This document shows, in pieces, positions 1 to 8,969 of a stretch of 61,106 nucleotides of DNA. A program made the translations under genes and the position numbers. Origin of the DNA: a virus (Duplodnaviria; Caudoviricetes); IMG/VR virus record IMGVR_UViG_3300037483_001204, positions 1 to 61,106 of that record. One strand, 5' to 3'. The first letter of the stretch is position 1. The number at the start of each line of letters is the position of its first letter. The notes beneath the pieces are model-generated. The model saw nothing but the letters and a program-made list of their open reading frames with translations. It did no database searches and had not been told where the DNA came from.

Positions 1-122
1 GCTCGATCGCGGCGAGTCGGCTCTCGACGACCGCGAGGCAATCCTCCGGTCTCCGGTGCTCGACGGGCTCGGCCTCGACGGGTCCGACCCGAACGAAGCC
101 CCCGCACCTCCGGCAGTAGAGG

Positions 123-323
123 CTATCGACTCGCATCGCGGGCCTCCCGGGACATTTCGATCTCTAGGTCGAGGAGGCCCCCGGCGGTCGTGAGGACCGA
201 GAACCGCGTCGCGTCGAGCTCGTTCACGTAGTCCTTCCGCCCCTCGGCGAGGCCCACGTTCGCCTCCTCGCGGAGATTCTCCGCGAGGTCGAGGAGCCTC
301 CAGATCCGCTCGGTCCTGGTCAT
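123..323 (-). CDS. hypothetical early protein
   Basis: 66-aa ORF, ATGA-coupled to the upstream ORF; no recognisable motif. Confidence 0.6.
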   Translation of the reverse strand: MTRTERIWRLLDLAENLREEANVGLAEGRKDYVNELDATRFSVLTTAGGLLDLEIEMSREARDASR

Positions 324-484
324 TCCGCCGCCTCCCGCCCCGCCGAGGGGCCGTATAGGTAGAGCCGGGCGCCGGGCCCGACCTCGTCCGGGACGACCTC
401 GACCCGGGAGACGTCCGGGCGCCGCTCCAGCGCCCGGATCATCCGCTCCGGCTCGGTCAGGTACGTCACCTCGATCAGCCTCAT
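320..484 (-). CDS. hypothetical early protein (MRLIEVTY...)
   Basis: Start re-called at ATG 484, which overlaps the stop of the upstream gene and follows GGAGG-like RBS. Confidence 0.55.
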   Translation of the reverse strand: MRLIEVTYLTEPERMIRALERRPDVSRVEVVPDEVGPGARLYLYGPSAGREAAE

Positions 485-744
485 CGTGCCACCGCCTTCT
501 TCGTCCGCTCGTAGCTCATGAAGGTGTTCGTCGTCGGGCCCATCATCGCCCGCTCCCACCCCGAGACGAGGCCGCGGCGAACGAGGTCCTCGACCTCCTC
601 GCGGACCTCGTCTTCGTCGAGGTCGAAGCCGAGGCGGGAGAGGTCGGCCCACAGCCCCTCGATCGTCGCCCCGTTCTTCCCCCAACCCGTCTCGCCCTCG
701 ATCAGCTCCAGCAGGTGGACTTGGCTCTCGGTCATCTTCTTCAT
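481..744 (-). CDS. hypothetical protein, possible winged-helix
   Basis: Start at ATG 744 behind the repeated leader GGAGAAGAGAAG; 'VREEVEDLVRRGLV' is wHTH-like. Confidence 0.5.
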   Translation of the reverse strand: MKKMTESQVHLLELIEGETGWGKNGATIEGLWADLSRLGFDLDEDEVREEVEDLVRRGLVSGWERAMMGPTTNTFMSYERTKKAVAR

Positions 745-770
745 CTTCTCTTCTCCGTCTTCAGGGGTCA

Positions 771-1007
771 TCATCGTTGCCTCGCAACGGTGCCGTCCGG
801 GCGGTACCACACCTCGCGCGGCTGGAGGTCGTCCTTGCGGTCCCAGAAGCGGTACTCCACGGTCACACCGTCCGGGTAATAGCGCTCCACGCCCGGCAGA
901 CAGCCGGAACGGTCCCACGGGCGCTCCCAGCAGCGCCGCATCGGGTTCCCGCCGGGCCACCGATCCGTGACCAGTCCCTCGTCGCGGAACCGGGGGTCGT
1001 TTCGCAT
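771..1007 (-). CDS. hypothetical early protein
   Basis: First gene after promoter cassette copy 1; same leader/RBS as other cassettes. Confidence 0.6.
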   Translation of the reverse strand: MRNDPRFRDEGLVTDRWPGGNPMRRCWERPWDRSGCLPGVERYYPDGVTVEYRFWDRKDDLQPREVWYRPDGTVARQR

Positions 1008-1090
1008 CTTCTCTTCTCCGTCTCAGGGGTCGTTCCGTCCTTCCCTCTCTTCATCGTCCGGTCGGGGCCGGACCTTTACTGGAATCGACG
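1005..1090 (-). promoter_or_regulatory. early promoter/leader cassette copy 1 (sigma28-like TAAA-N16-GACGATGA)
   Basis: -35 at 1075-1078, -10 at 1051-1058, then conserved leader GGAACGACCCCTGAGACGGAGAAGAGAAGATG. Confidence 0.7.
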
Positions 1091-1140
1091 ATCCACCCCG
1101 GAAGAATCGACCCAGCTCGGCCCGGCCCCCTCGGGGGCCC

Positions 1141-1374
1141 CTACCTTCGGAGGAGTCTCCCCCCGTCCTCGAACCACCGCTCCCAGCTCTGCCATCGCTG
1201 GCCCAGGAGGTACTCGTGCCCGTAGACGAGGCTCCGTACGAGGATCCGGCGGAGCCCGGAGTCCCGGTCGAGCCCGAGCCTCACGACCTCGGCGACCTCC
1301 TCCCCCCTCGCGTTGAGGACTCGGTCTCCGGGCTGCGGCCGGTTCGCCGGCCAGTTCTTGCGGTCGATGATCAC
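1141..1374 (-). CDS. hypothetical early protein
   Basis: GTG at 1374 with GGAGG upstream; protein-like sequence VIIDRKNWP... Confidence 0.5.
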   Translation of the reverse strand: MIIDRKNWPANRPQPGDRVLNARGEEVAEVVRLGLDRDSGLRRILVRSLVYGHEYLLGQRWQSWERWFEDGGRLLRR

Positions 1375-1511
1375 GTCCTCGACCTCCTTCGCCACAGGGG
1401 TCTGTGGGTCGTGTCGGTGGCCCCGGGCGCCTCGCCCCGGGACCCGCCCTCCCCCGATCGGGTCTACGCTCGCGACCGAGGTCGCGCCGGGAGGGCCCCG
1501 CCCCGTCCTTC

Positions 1512-1706
1512 CTACAGCGGGGGAAGCTCCTCCCCGTACTCGTCGTAGACCCGGACGATCCACAGCCCCCGGTCGTTGCCCTCCAGCTTCTCGGCGACGT
1601 AGGTCCAGCTCTCGTCGGCCTCGTTCGAGAGGCGGGCTACCTCGATCGCCTTCGCCTCGGGGAGCAGCGAGATCCGGGAGTCCTTGTCGATCCGCGGTCC
1701 GAGCAT
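1512..1706 (-). CDS. hypothetical early protein
   Basis: First gene after cassette copy 2. Confidence 0.6.
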   Translation of the reverse strand: MLGPRIDKDSRISLLPEAKAIEVARLSNEADESWTYVAEKLEGNDRGLWIVRVYDEYGEELPPL

Positions 1707-1790
1707 CTTCTCTTCTCCGTCTCAGGGGTCGTTCCGTCCTACCTTCTTCTCATCGTCCTCCCGGGCCCAGACCTTTAGGGGAATCGACGA
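1704..1790 (-). promoter_or_regulatory. early promoter/leader cassette copy 2
   Basis: TAAA (1774-1777)-N16-GACGATGA (1750-1757) plus conserved leader. Confidence 0.7.
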
Positions 1791-2010
1791 GCCTCGGCCA
1801 GCCCGCCCGGCACCACTCCCGAACGACCTCGGCCGACTCCCGCTCGGGGAGCCCCCGGGTCCGCCCGTCGGGGCGCACCACCCTCCCCCGCCCCGTCGAG
1901 TCGACCATCACGACCTCCTCCCCGGACTCCCGGGCGATCCGTCGCGCGTTCGCGTCGGGGCCGTGGGGGCCCGAGAGCCCCCACTCCCGCCTCGTCGCGA
2001 TCCGCCTCAC
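1750..2010 (-). CDS. hypothetical early protein
   Basis: GTG at 2010 overlaps the stop of 2007-2192; the 3' end runs into cassette copy 2. Confidence 0.4.
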   Translation of the reverse strand: MRRIATRREWGLSGPHGPDANARRIARESGEEVVMVDSTGRGRVVRPDGRTRGLPERESAEVVREWCRAGWPRLVDSPKGLGPGGR

Positions 2011-2192
2011 GGGAAGACCCGCCGGAGGCCCCCGAAGACCGTCCAGGAGGCCGCCAGGGAGTCCCCGAACCAGACCGAGAACTCGAAGCCCAGCGCGCGT
2101 CCGCGAGCGATCGCCTCGTCCAGCGTACGGAAGGTCTCGCCCTCGGCGGAGCACCCACCGTTAGGGAAGTTCGGGAAGTGGAGCTGGAACAT
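2007..2192 (-). CDS. hypothetical early protein
   Basis: First gene after cassette copy 3; GAGGAGG RBS. Confidence 0.6.
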   Translation of the reverse strand: MFQLHFPNFPNGGCSAEGETFRTLDEAIARGRALGFEFSVWFGDSLAASWTVFGGLRRVFP

Positions 2193-2204
2193 CGGAGGCC
2201 TCCT

Positions 2205-2292
2205 CGGCTCAGGGGTCGTTTCCGTCCTACCCTCTCTTCATCGTCCGGCCCCTCCCGGACCTTTAGGGAAATCGACGGGTCTCGGTCGATTC
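2205..2292 (-). promoter_or_regulatory. early promoter/leader cassette copy 3
   Basis: TAAA (2262-2265)-N16-GACGATGA (2238-2245); upstream AATCGAC-N8-GTCGATT palindrome. Confidence 0.7.
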
Positions 2293-2456
2293 TCCCGGAG
2301 ACACGCGAGCACCCTCTCGTAGAACCCCGCGGTCTCCTCCCTCCTCGCCGCGTCGTACCGGTTCGAGGCGACCTCGTCGGCCCGGGCCCCGTAGACCCGG
2401 ACGAGCCCGAGGGCGACGCCCTCGGGGGTCTTCTTCGCGCGGGCCCGGCGCCTCAC
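2238..2456 (-). CDS. hypothetical early protein
   Basis: GTGA-coupled to the upstream gene. Confidence 0.45.
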   Translation of the reverse strand: MRRRARAKKTPEGVALGLVRVYGARADEVASNRYDAARREETAGFYERVLACLRENRPRPVDFPKGPGGAGR

Positions 2457-2806
2457 GACCGGTCTCCCGGGAGGTACTCCTCGCAGCGGTCCATCACCCG
2501 GATCGGACCCCCGCAGACCCCCACGAAGCGGGCGTCGGAGGACACGACGTAGTTCCCCCCGAAGACCCCCCGGATCATCCCCCGCCTCTCCGGGTCGACG
2601 TCGTCCGAGACCGGGAACGCCCTGTGGACCGTCGTCCCCCCGAGCCGGAGCGACTCCAGCCGAAGCTCCGGCGTCCCCTCGTCCGGAGCGAACAGCTCGG
2701 GGAGGCCCGGGCCGGTCAGGACGAACGTGGCGTGGCGGGAGGAGGCCCCGCCGTTCGTGCAGTCCCCGAGGGCGAATCGGAGCACGTGGACGAGGATCCC
2801 CTTCAC
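2453..2806 (-). CDS. conserved phage hypothetical protein
   Basis: Motifs DCTNGGASS and FGGNYVVSSDARF resemble a recurring small phage protein family; GTG 2806 with GGAGG RBS. Confidence 0.6.
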   Translation of the reverse strand: MKGILVHVLRFALGDCTNGGASSRHATFVLTGPGLPELFAPDEGTPELRLESLRLGGTTVHRAFPVSDDVDPERRGMIRGVFGGNYVVSSDARFVGVCGGPIRVMDRCEEYLPGDRS

Positions 2807-2919
2807 TACGCCACCTCCTTCCGGTCGAGGGCCTCGGAGACGCTCGCCGCCCACTCCGCCACGATCAGGTCGAGGACCATCTTCGCGATCTCGCCGAGGA
2901 TCCGCAGGTTCCGCTTCAT
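2806..2919 (-). CDS. small hypothetical protein (MKRNLRILGEIAKMVLDLIV...)
   Basis: Read by hand; ATG 2919 follows a variant of the repeated leader GGAGAAGAGAG; below the ORF-track cutoff. Confidence 0.45.
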   Translation of the reverse strand: MKRNLRILGEIAKMVLDLIVAEWAASVSEALDRKEVA

Positions 2920-3046
2920 CTCTCTTCTCCGTTCAGCAGGGGTCGGACCCCCCGGACTAGAGCGAAAAGCGGGCCGTTCGGGTCTACTCGACTCCTCTAG
3001 CCGCCTCTAGCTCCTCCTAGACTCGGGCTGGAGCCCCCGGATCGCC

Positions 3047-3142
3047 CGATCGGGCGAAACGCGAGACCCCCGAGCCTAACTCCTCTCCCCCCAACCACTT
3101 CCCCCGATTCGCGAAACGCGACGCGATCGGGCGAAACGCGAG
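3047..3142. repeat. three direct repeats with core GCGAAACGCGA in a probably non-coding gap
   Basis: CGATCGGGCGAAACGCGAG exact at 3047-3065 and 3124-3142; imperfect copy at 3105-3121. Confidence 0.8.
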
Positions 3143-3226
3143 GCGGGGCCGGGGTCGGGGAGGGGGTCTCGACCCGACCTTCTCCGGGGGGCTGTCCCGG
3201 TCCCCCCGGCGGTCCCCGCCCCGCTC

Positions 3227-3988
3227 CTACTTGTAGCCGAGCGCCTCCTCGACCCGGATCCGCGCGCGCCTCGCGCTCCAGACCCAGCTGCAGTGCTGAC
3301 CCCACGCCGGGTCCTCCCGGTCCCGCAGAACCCGGGCGAGGGCCTCGAACGCCTCACGGGTCCCGGCGAGGATCGCCTCGTGCCTCGTCCGCCGGAGCAA
3401 CACGAGGTCGCCCTCCGGCCGGACGTCCTCGATCGAGAGGCCCCCGTCGAGCCCCACGACGTCGAGGACCTTCGCACTCACTCGGATCTCCAATCCTCCC
3501 CCTCCTCCCCTCCCCCGTCTCGGGGTTCGGAACTCGGCCCGGGCTCTTACGGCCCGGACCGTCCTCACCCACTTCCGCGCGAGCCGGGTGTCGTCGATCG
3601 ACTCGGCCCGGTTGTTGTCGGCGACGTCCCCGGCGTGGACGACGACCCAGTGCCCCGTGACTTGAACGAGGAGCGGCACCCCGTAGTCCTCCCCGCGCGC
3701 GGCGAGGAACCGCCCGAGCGTCGGGTGGGAGGCCCGGAAGCCGTAGTCGTCGAGGCGCCGGTGCTCGACGACGTAGCCGAGCCGACCGAGCGCCCGGGAT
3801 AGGTCCTGCGCGGAGGTCCCGACGATCGGCCGGACCCGGCCCCAGGGGGACCTCGCCCGGTAGTGGGAGGAGGTCTCCCGGATCGCCTCCTCGGCCTCCT
3901 CGTACGAGCAGCCGGTCAGGATCGTAAGGGCCCCCGGCCCGCACCACGTCCTCCCCTCCCGCTGCTTCCTCCGGAGCCCGTAGATCAC
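3227..3988 (-). CDS. papain-like (C39-type) cysteine peptidase domain protein
   Basis: TWCGPGAL (Cys) ... GHWVVV ... D arrangement; start re-called at GTG 3988. Confidence 0.55.
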   Translation of the reverse strand: MIYGLRRKQREGRTWCGPGALTILTGCSYEEAEEAIRETSSHYRARSPWGRVRPIVGTSAQDLSRALGRLGYVVEHRRLDDYGFRASHPTLGRFLAARGEDYGVPLLVQVTGHWVVVHAGDVADNNRAESIDDTRLARKWVRTVRAVRARAEFRTPRRGRGGGGGLEIRVSAKVLDVVGLDGGLSIEDVRPEGDLVLLRRTRHEAILAGTREAFEALARVLRDREDPAWGQHCSWVWSARRARIRVEEALGYK

Positions 3989-3998
3989 CGCCCCCACC

Positions 3999-4447
<449 letters not shown>

Positions 4448-4448
<1 letters not shown>

Positions 4449-4732
4449 CACCCCCTCCTCTCCTCGTCGAGGTCGAGAAGGTAGCGGAGGGCCTGGAGCG
4501 TGCCGAGCAGCGCAGCCCCCCGGGACCCCTCCTCGGGCGCCCCGAGGAGCACGGCCCGGGAGACCCCGAGGGCGAGGGCGATCCGGTCGAGCGCCGAGAG
4601 GGAGGGCGTCCGCTTCCCCGCCTCGATCTGCGAGATGTACGCGGGCCGTACGCTCGCGAGCTGCGCGAGTTCCGTCTGCGTGACCCCCTGGGCCGTCCGG
4701 AGCAGCCGGACGTTCTCCCCGAGGCCCGTCAC
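4448..4732 (-). CDS. Xre/Cro-CI family HTH transcriptional regulator
   Basis: LGENVRLLRTAQGVTQTELAQLASVRPAYISQIEAGKRTPSL is a canonical HTH_3; GTG 4732 with GGGAGG RBS. Confidence 0.9.
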
Positions 4733-4917
4733 GACCGGAACCTCCCGCCCACGCTCGCGAACTCCGCCGAGGCGCGGGCCTCGGCCTCTCGTCGGTCCAG
4801 CTCCTCCGCCCATCGCCGGAACTGTCCGGGGGTCGCGATCCCCCGCCGGACGTTCGCCGCGAGCTTCATGAACTCCAGCCTCGTCGGCCGGTCCGTCTTC
4901 GTCGTCGTCTCGCGCAT
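4729..4917 (-). CDS. hypothetical early protein
   Basis: ATG 4917 with GGAGG RBS; GTGA-coupled to the HTH gene. Confidence 0.5.
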   Translation of the reverse strand: MRETTTKTDRPTRLEFMKLAANVRRGIATPGQFRRWAEELDRREAEARASAEFASVGGRFRS

Positions 4918-4922
4918 CTCAC

Positions 4923-5153
4923 CTACCTCCATCCCAGCGCCCTCGCGCCGCTTCCGGGGAGGTAGCCCTCCGGGCCTCCCGCCCCGATCCAAACCACCAC
5001 GACCTCCTCCGCCTCCTCCCCCTCCTGGTAGACGGAGGCCGCCTCGACCCCTCCGACTCCCGTCTCCAGTGGATAGGGGGGTTGAAACGCGAGGCGAACC
5101 TCCTCCCCTCCGTCGAAGTCCTCCAGCCTCTCGATCAACTCGCGGACCGTCAC
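4923..5153 (-). CDS. conserved small phage protein (MTVRELIERLEDFD...VRLAFQP)
   Basis: Recurring phage N-terminal pattern; GTGA overlap. Confidence 0.65.
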   Translation of the reverse strand: MTVRELIERLEDFDGGEEVRLAFQPPYPLETGVGGVEAASVYQEGEEAEEVVVVWIGAGGPEGYLPGSGARALGWR

Positions 5154-5422
5154 GCCGCACCCTCCTTCCCCGCCTCGTAGACGCTCATCCCCAGGGAGGT
5201 TACCCAGCAGCACGCATCCCGGGGCTTGTCGACGTCGTCCGACCCGGCGAGGCCCTTCTTAATCAGGGAGCCGAGGACCGCCGCGTCGGAGAGGTTGTCC
5301 AGCACATCGTCGCGCCAGACCGGGTTGTCGATCGGGTCGTTGCCGTTGTGAAAGTCGCTCTCGACGATCGCCGCGAGGAGGTTCGCTTCCTTCTCGGTCA
5401 CGTTCGGGAGGTTCGTCTTCAT
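5150..5422 (-). CDS. hypothetical early protein
   Basis: First gene after cassette copy 4. Confidence 0.65.
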   Translation of the reverse strand: MKTNLPNVTEKEANLLAAIVESDFHNGNDPIDNPVWRDDVLDNLSDAAVLGSLIKKGLAGSDDVDKPRDACCWVTSLGMSVYEAGKEGAA

Positions 5423-5520
5423 CTTCTCTTCTCCGTCTCAGGGGTCGTTTCCGCCCTACCCTCTCTGTATCGTCCGACCGGGCCCGGACCTTTAGGGGGA
5501 ATCGACGGGCCCGGTCGATT
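5420..5520 (-). promoter_or_regulatory. early promoter/leader cassette copy 4
   Basis: TAAA (5491-5494)-N16-GACGATAC (5467-5474); palindrome AATCGAC-N7-GTCGATT at 5500-5520. Confidence 0.7.
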
Positions 5521-5523
5521 TCT

Positions 5524-5991
5524 CTAACCGAGGTCGTAGCGGTCGGCCGCGTCGTCCCGATCCGCCTCGTCTGCCCAGACCTCCGCGTACCGCTCGGGGT
5601 CGGTCCGGCGCAGCACGTCGCGCCGGTGCTCCGCCGCGGCGACCGCCTTCCGGAGGCCCTCCGCGTCGTCCTCCGCGAGCGTCGACCAATCCAGGTACTC
5701 TGGGCCCCAGACCTTCACCCGGATCTCCCCGACCCGGTCCGGGAAGTCCGCGAGGGTGACGGAGACCTCGCCCGGGACCCCGCGGTCCGCGAAGGAGATC
5801 CCCGCCGCGAGAGCCCGGGGCGAGCGCCCCTCGATCGAGACGTGGGTCCCCTTCACGAACTCCCCGCTCGCGTCGACGGCCATCGAGCCCGTCCCCGTAA
5901 AGGTCATCCCGTTCGCCGGATGATCCTTCAGCTCCTTCGCGCCCTTCGGGAGACCCATGTCGTAGAAGTAGACTCGCAGTGAGCTTCCCAT
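5524..5991 (-). CDS. hypothetical early protein
   Basis: 155-aa ORF after cassette copy 5. Confidence 0.65.
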   Translation of the reverse strand: MGSSLRVYFYDMGLPKGAKELKDHPANGMTFTGTGSMAVDASGEFVKGTHVSIEGRSPRALAAGISFADRGVPGEVSVTLADFPDRVGEIRVKVWGPEYLDWSTLAEDDAEGLRKAVAAAEHRRDVLRRTDPERYAEVWADEADRDDAADRYDLG

Positions 5992-6065
5992 GATCTTCTC
6001 CTTCGTCTCCAGGGGTCGTTCTCGATCGGGGCCCCTCCGGCTCGTTCGGCTCGGATCCTGTGCCC

Positions 6066-6131
6066 CTTACCCTCTCTGTATCGTCCGACCGGGCCCGGAC
6101 CTTTAGGGGGAATCGACGGGCCCGGTCGATT
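6066..6131 (-). promoter_or_regulatory. early promoter cassette copy 5
   Basis: TAAA (6102-6105)-N16-GACGATAC (6078-6085); palindrome at 6111-6131; near-identical to copy 4. Confidence 0.7.
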
Positions 6132-6151
6132 TAGCCCTCGTTTTCTCTCGC

Positions 6152-8560
6152 CTAGTAGAACGGGAGCCCGCGCGGGTCCCCCGCCCCGTCGTCCGCGGTC
6201 TCCGTCAACTCCGGCCACTCGTCGGGCTTGATTAGGTGGATATCCCACCACCCCCGGCAGGCCGAGAGCGGCGGGAAGATGTAGGCCGCCGGGTTAGTGA
6301 TCCGGCGCTCCCGCCCCCGGGCGTCCGGGATCGCGACCGTCGTGTTCATGACCTGCCGTCGACGGGGGAAGTCCGACGGGAGGACCTTCTTTAAGAACAT
6401 GCCCAGCGTCGTAGCGTTCGCCCTCCGGGAGCCCCAGCTCCGCCCGAGGGCCTCGACGAAGTCGATCACCAACTCCTCGACGAGGACCTCCCGCTCCCAC
6501 CGCTCGTGTTGGGGGAAGACCCGGCCCTCCCGGAGCTTCGTAAACCACCACTCCTGCTCCGGGGAGAGGGAGAGGAGCTTCTGCTCCCGGAGGGCGTCCG
6601 TCCGCGGGACCTCCCGGACGCTAAACTTCGAGAGGTCGTGGTGGAGGAGGGCGTAGAGGAGGGACTCGTTCCCTCCCCGCTGCTCCATATCCCTCTTCAG
6701 TCCGGCGAAGTATTTAGACTGGTTCTGGCGGGCGATCCCGACCTCCAGCACGAAGAACCGGCGCTCGTTCACCCCCGCCGGGACGACGTGGGGGTCGTTC
6801 GACGCCATGATTAGGTGGACGCAGTTCGGGACCTGGATCACGTCGACGAACTTCGCCTCGACCGGGATCGTGTCCTCCGTGACGAGCATCTTCAACACGC
6901 TCGCGTGCTTCCGGTCCCCCGCGAAGAAGGCCTCGTCACCGAAGACGACGACCGCGTCCCGGAGGTGGGCGTTGAACGACCCGACGAGGTGCTTCGAGTC
7001 GGAGACCGCGAAGTAGTGGTGGCCGAAGAGGCGCCCGAAGCAGGCCGCGAAGAAGCTCTTCCCGGTGCCCTGGTCCCCGCGGAGGACGACCGCGGAGTGA
7101 CCCTGCTCCCCGGGCCGCTGGACGGCTCGGGCCATCCACCCGAGGAGGTACTCGTAGTGCTCATCGACGCCCGAGCAGACGTTCTCCCGGACGTGGGAGA
7201 GGAAGCCCTCGTGGGCGTCCCCCGGGACCGCCTCGCAGCTAAAGCCCCGCCAGAGGTTGTAGCTCCGAGGGTCCTCGACCCCGGGGGCGAAGATGATCCG
7301 GTCGTAGTTCCGGCGGGCCGCGTTCTTCAGCCACCAGTCCCCCGCTCGCGCCGTCTTCGTCTCCCCGGTCGACGGGTCTTCCCACGTTACCTTCTCGTGG
7401 CAGTACCGGTTCCGGAAGTCCCCGAACGACTGAAACGAGTAGGTCGGCCGCTTCAGGATCGGGTCGAAGTCCTCGGAAATGACCCGGCACCGCCCCCCAA
7501 TATCACCGACGACCGCGTGGCGCCCGTTGTACTCCGCGAGCTTCGGGTGGATCGCGTTCTCCTTCGCGCGCGCGATCTGGGCGAGGGCGTAGTCGTGGGG
7601 GCGGTGCTGGTCGAGGACGTGGGAGGAGATCCGGAACGTAGGGTCGGTCAGGATCGAGTAGATCACCTCGTCCTCGACCTTCCGCCGGACCAGCTCGCAC
7701 GTCACCGCCCACTGGGCCTCGCTCCGGGACCCCCACCGCTCCGGCTGGTCCGGGTCGCAACCCTGCGCGATCCAGACCTTAAGGTGGTCGGGGAGGTCCC
7801 CTGGGATCTCGTGGACCGTCGAGTAGCGGGGCGTGTTCCCAGAGACCGCGAGGCGAGCGACCTCCGGGAGGGGACCGGAGAGCTGGACCGCCGGGGCCTT
7901 CAGGAAGTCCTCGATGATCGAATAGACTCGGTCGTCGTGGAACTCGACGACGGAGGCGAGCCGGGGCTTCCGCCCGAGCTTCTCCTTCCGCTTCGTCGGG
8001 AGGTTCACCGTCCCCGGGAGGCGCATGATCCGGTCGACGTTATGGCACTTATCCCCGCCGAGGGCGACCTCGATCGCAAGGTTGTAGAGCTTCGCGTCCT
8101 CCGCCGCCTCGACCGACCCGTCGATAGGGACGGGCTCCCGAAGGCGCCAGTAGGCCTGGAGACCGCCCCCGGAGTCGACGATCACCGACGGCCCCGGGAT
8201 CCGCCCGGGGGGCTCCGCGAGGAGCCTCCGGATCCGGCGCCGCTCCGCCGCGAAGTCCTTCCCGGCGCGGGGGTCGACGTCGACGTGGAGCCAGTCGAGG
8301 GAGGCGATGTCCGAGCGCGACGTCTTCTTCCGGACGGCCCGGAGGACGGAGTTCACCTGGAAGTAGACGTTGTGGGCTCGGTTCTTATCCTCGACCCAGA
8401 GCCTAAGCCCGTCGACCTCCTCCTCCGTGAACGTCTCGGTGAGGATTACCTTCTGCCCGAGGTCGATCGCCGTGAGGACCCAGGGGCCCCCCGGTCTCCA
8501 GCGGGTGAGGAACTCGGCGGCCTCCTCCGCCCGGGTCTCCGGCCGCCTAGCTCGCGCCAC
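6152..8560 (-). CDS. DNA primase-helicase (RepB-like AEP primase plus SF3/D5-like P-loop)
   Basis: HVDVD, SGGGLQAYW and RIMRLPGTVN primase motifs; Walker A GDQGTGKS, Walker B VVFGDE, IMASN, ERRF. Confidence 0.9.
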   Translation of the reverse strand: MARARRPETRAEEAAEFLTRWRPGGPWVLTAIDLGQKVILTETFTEEEVDGLRLWVEDKNRAHNVYFQVNSVLRAVRKKTSRSDIASLDWLHVDVDPRAGKDFAAERRRIRRLLAEPPGRIPGPSVIVDSGGGLQAYWRLREPVPIDGSVEAAEDAKLYNLAIEVALGGDKCHNVDRIMRLPGTVNLPTKRKEKLGRKPRLASVVEFHDDRVYSIIEDFLKAPAVQLSGPLPEVARLAVSGNTPRYSTVHEIPGDLPDHLKVWIAQGCDPDQPERWGSRSEAQWAVTCELVRRKVEDEVIYSILTDPTFRISSHVLDQHRPHDYALAQIARAKENAIHPKLAEYNGRHAVVGDIGGRCRVISEDFDPILKRPTYSFQSFGDFRNRYCHEKVTWEDPSTGETKTARAGDWWLKNAARRNYDRIIFAPGVEDPRSYNLWRGFSCEAVPGDAHEGFLSHVRENVCSGVDEHYEYLLGWMARAVQRPGEQGHSAVVLRGDQGTGKSFFAACFGRLFGHHYFAVSDSKHLVGSFNAHLRDAVVVFGDEAFFAGDRKHASVLKMLVTEDTIPVEAKFVDVIQVPNCVHLIMASNDPHVVPAGVNERRFFVLEVGIARQNQSKYFAGLKRDMEQRGGNESLLYALLHHDLSKFSVREVPRTDALREQKLLSLSPEQEWWFTKLREGRVFPQHERWEREVLVEELVIDFVEALGRSWGSRRANATTLGMFLKKVLPSDFPRRRQVMNTTVAIPDARGRERRITNPAAYIFPPLSACRGWWDIHLIKPDEWPELTETADDGAGDPRGLPFY

Positions 8561-8969
8561 GGTACACCTCCCGGAGGAACTCCTCCCGAAACGACTCCCC
8601 GCTCGGGCGCCGGGACCAGACCCTCCCGGGGCTCGCTTGGACGAGAACCCAGGCGGGGACCCGCCCGAGGTACTCCGCCGCCCAGAGCGCCGGGAGCATG
8701 ATCCAGCTCCTCCCGAGCCGAAGGACGACCGCGAGCCGCCAGCCCCTCGCGTGCATCCCGACGAGCGTCGACCGCTGCTCGGGAGAGAAGTGGCGGACCC
8801 GGACGACCGTCTCCGCCCGCTTCGGAACCGCCGCCTCCTTAAGCTCGACCGCCCCCCGGGTACAGAAGACGTCCGGCGTCCCCTTCGAGAGGAGGTTCTC
8901 GATCGCGAGCGCCCCCCACTCCCTTAGCGCCGTCTGCGTAACCCACTGCCGCATCGTACTCTCGCTCAA
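8547..8969 (-). CDS. PD-(D/E)xK nuclease (VRR-NUC/resolvase-like)
   Basis: GTPDVFCTRGAVELK motif; TTG 8969 overlaps the polymerase stop. Confidence 0.75.
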   Translation of the reverse strand: MSESTMRQWVTQTALREWGALAIENLLSKGTPDVFCTRGAVELKEAAVPKRAETVVRVRHFSPEQRSTLVGMHARGWRLAVVLRLGRSWIMLPALWAAEYLGRVPAWVLVQASPGRVWSRRPSGESFREEFLREVYRGAS

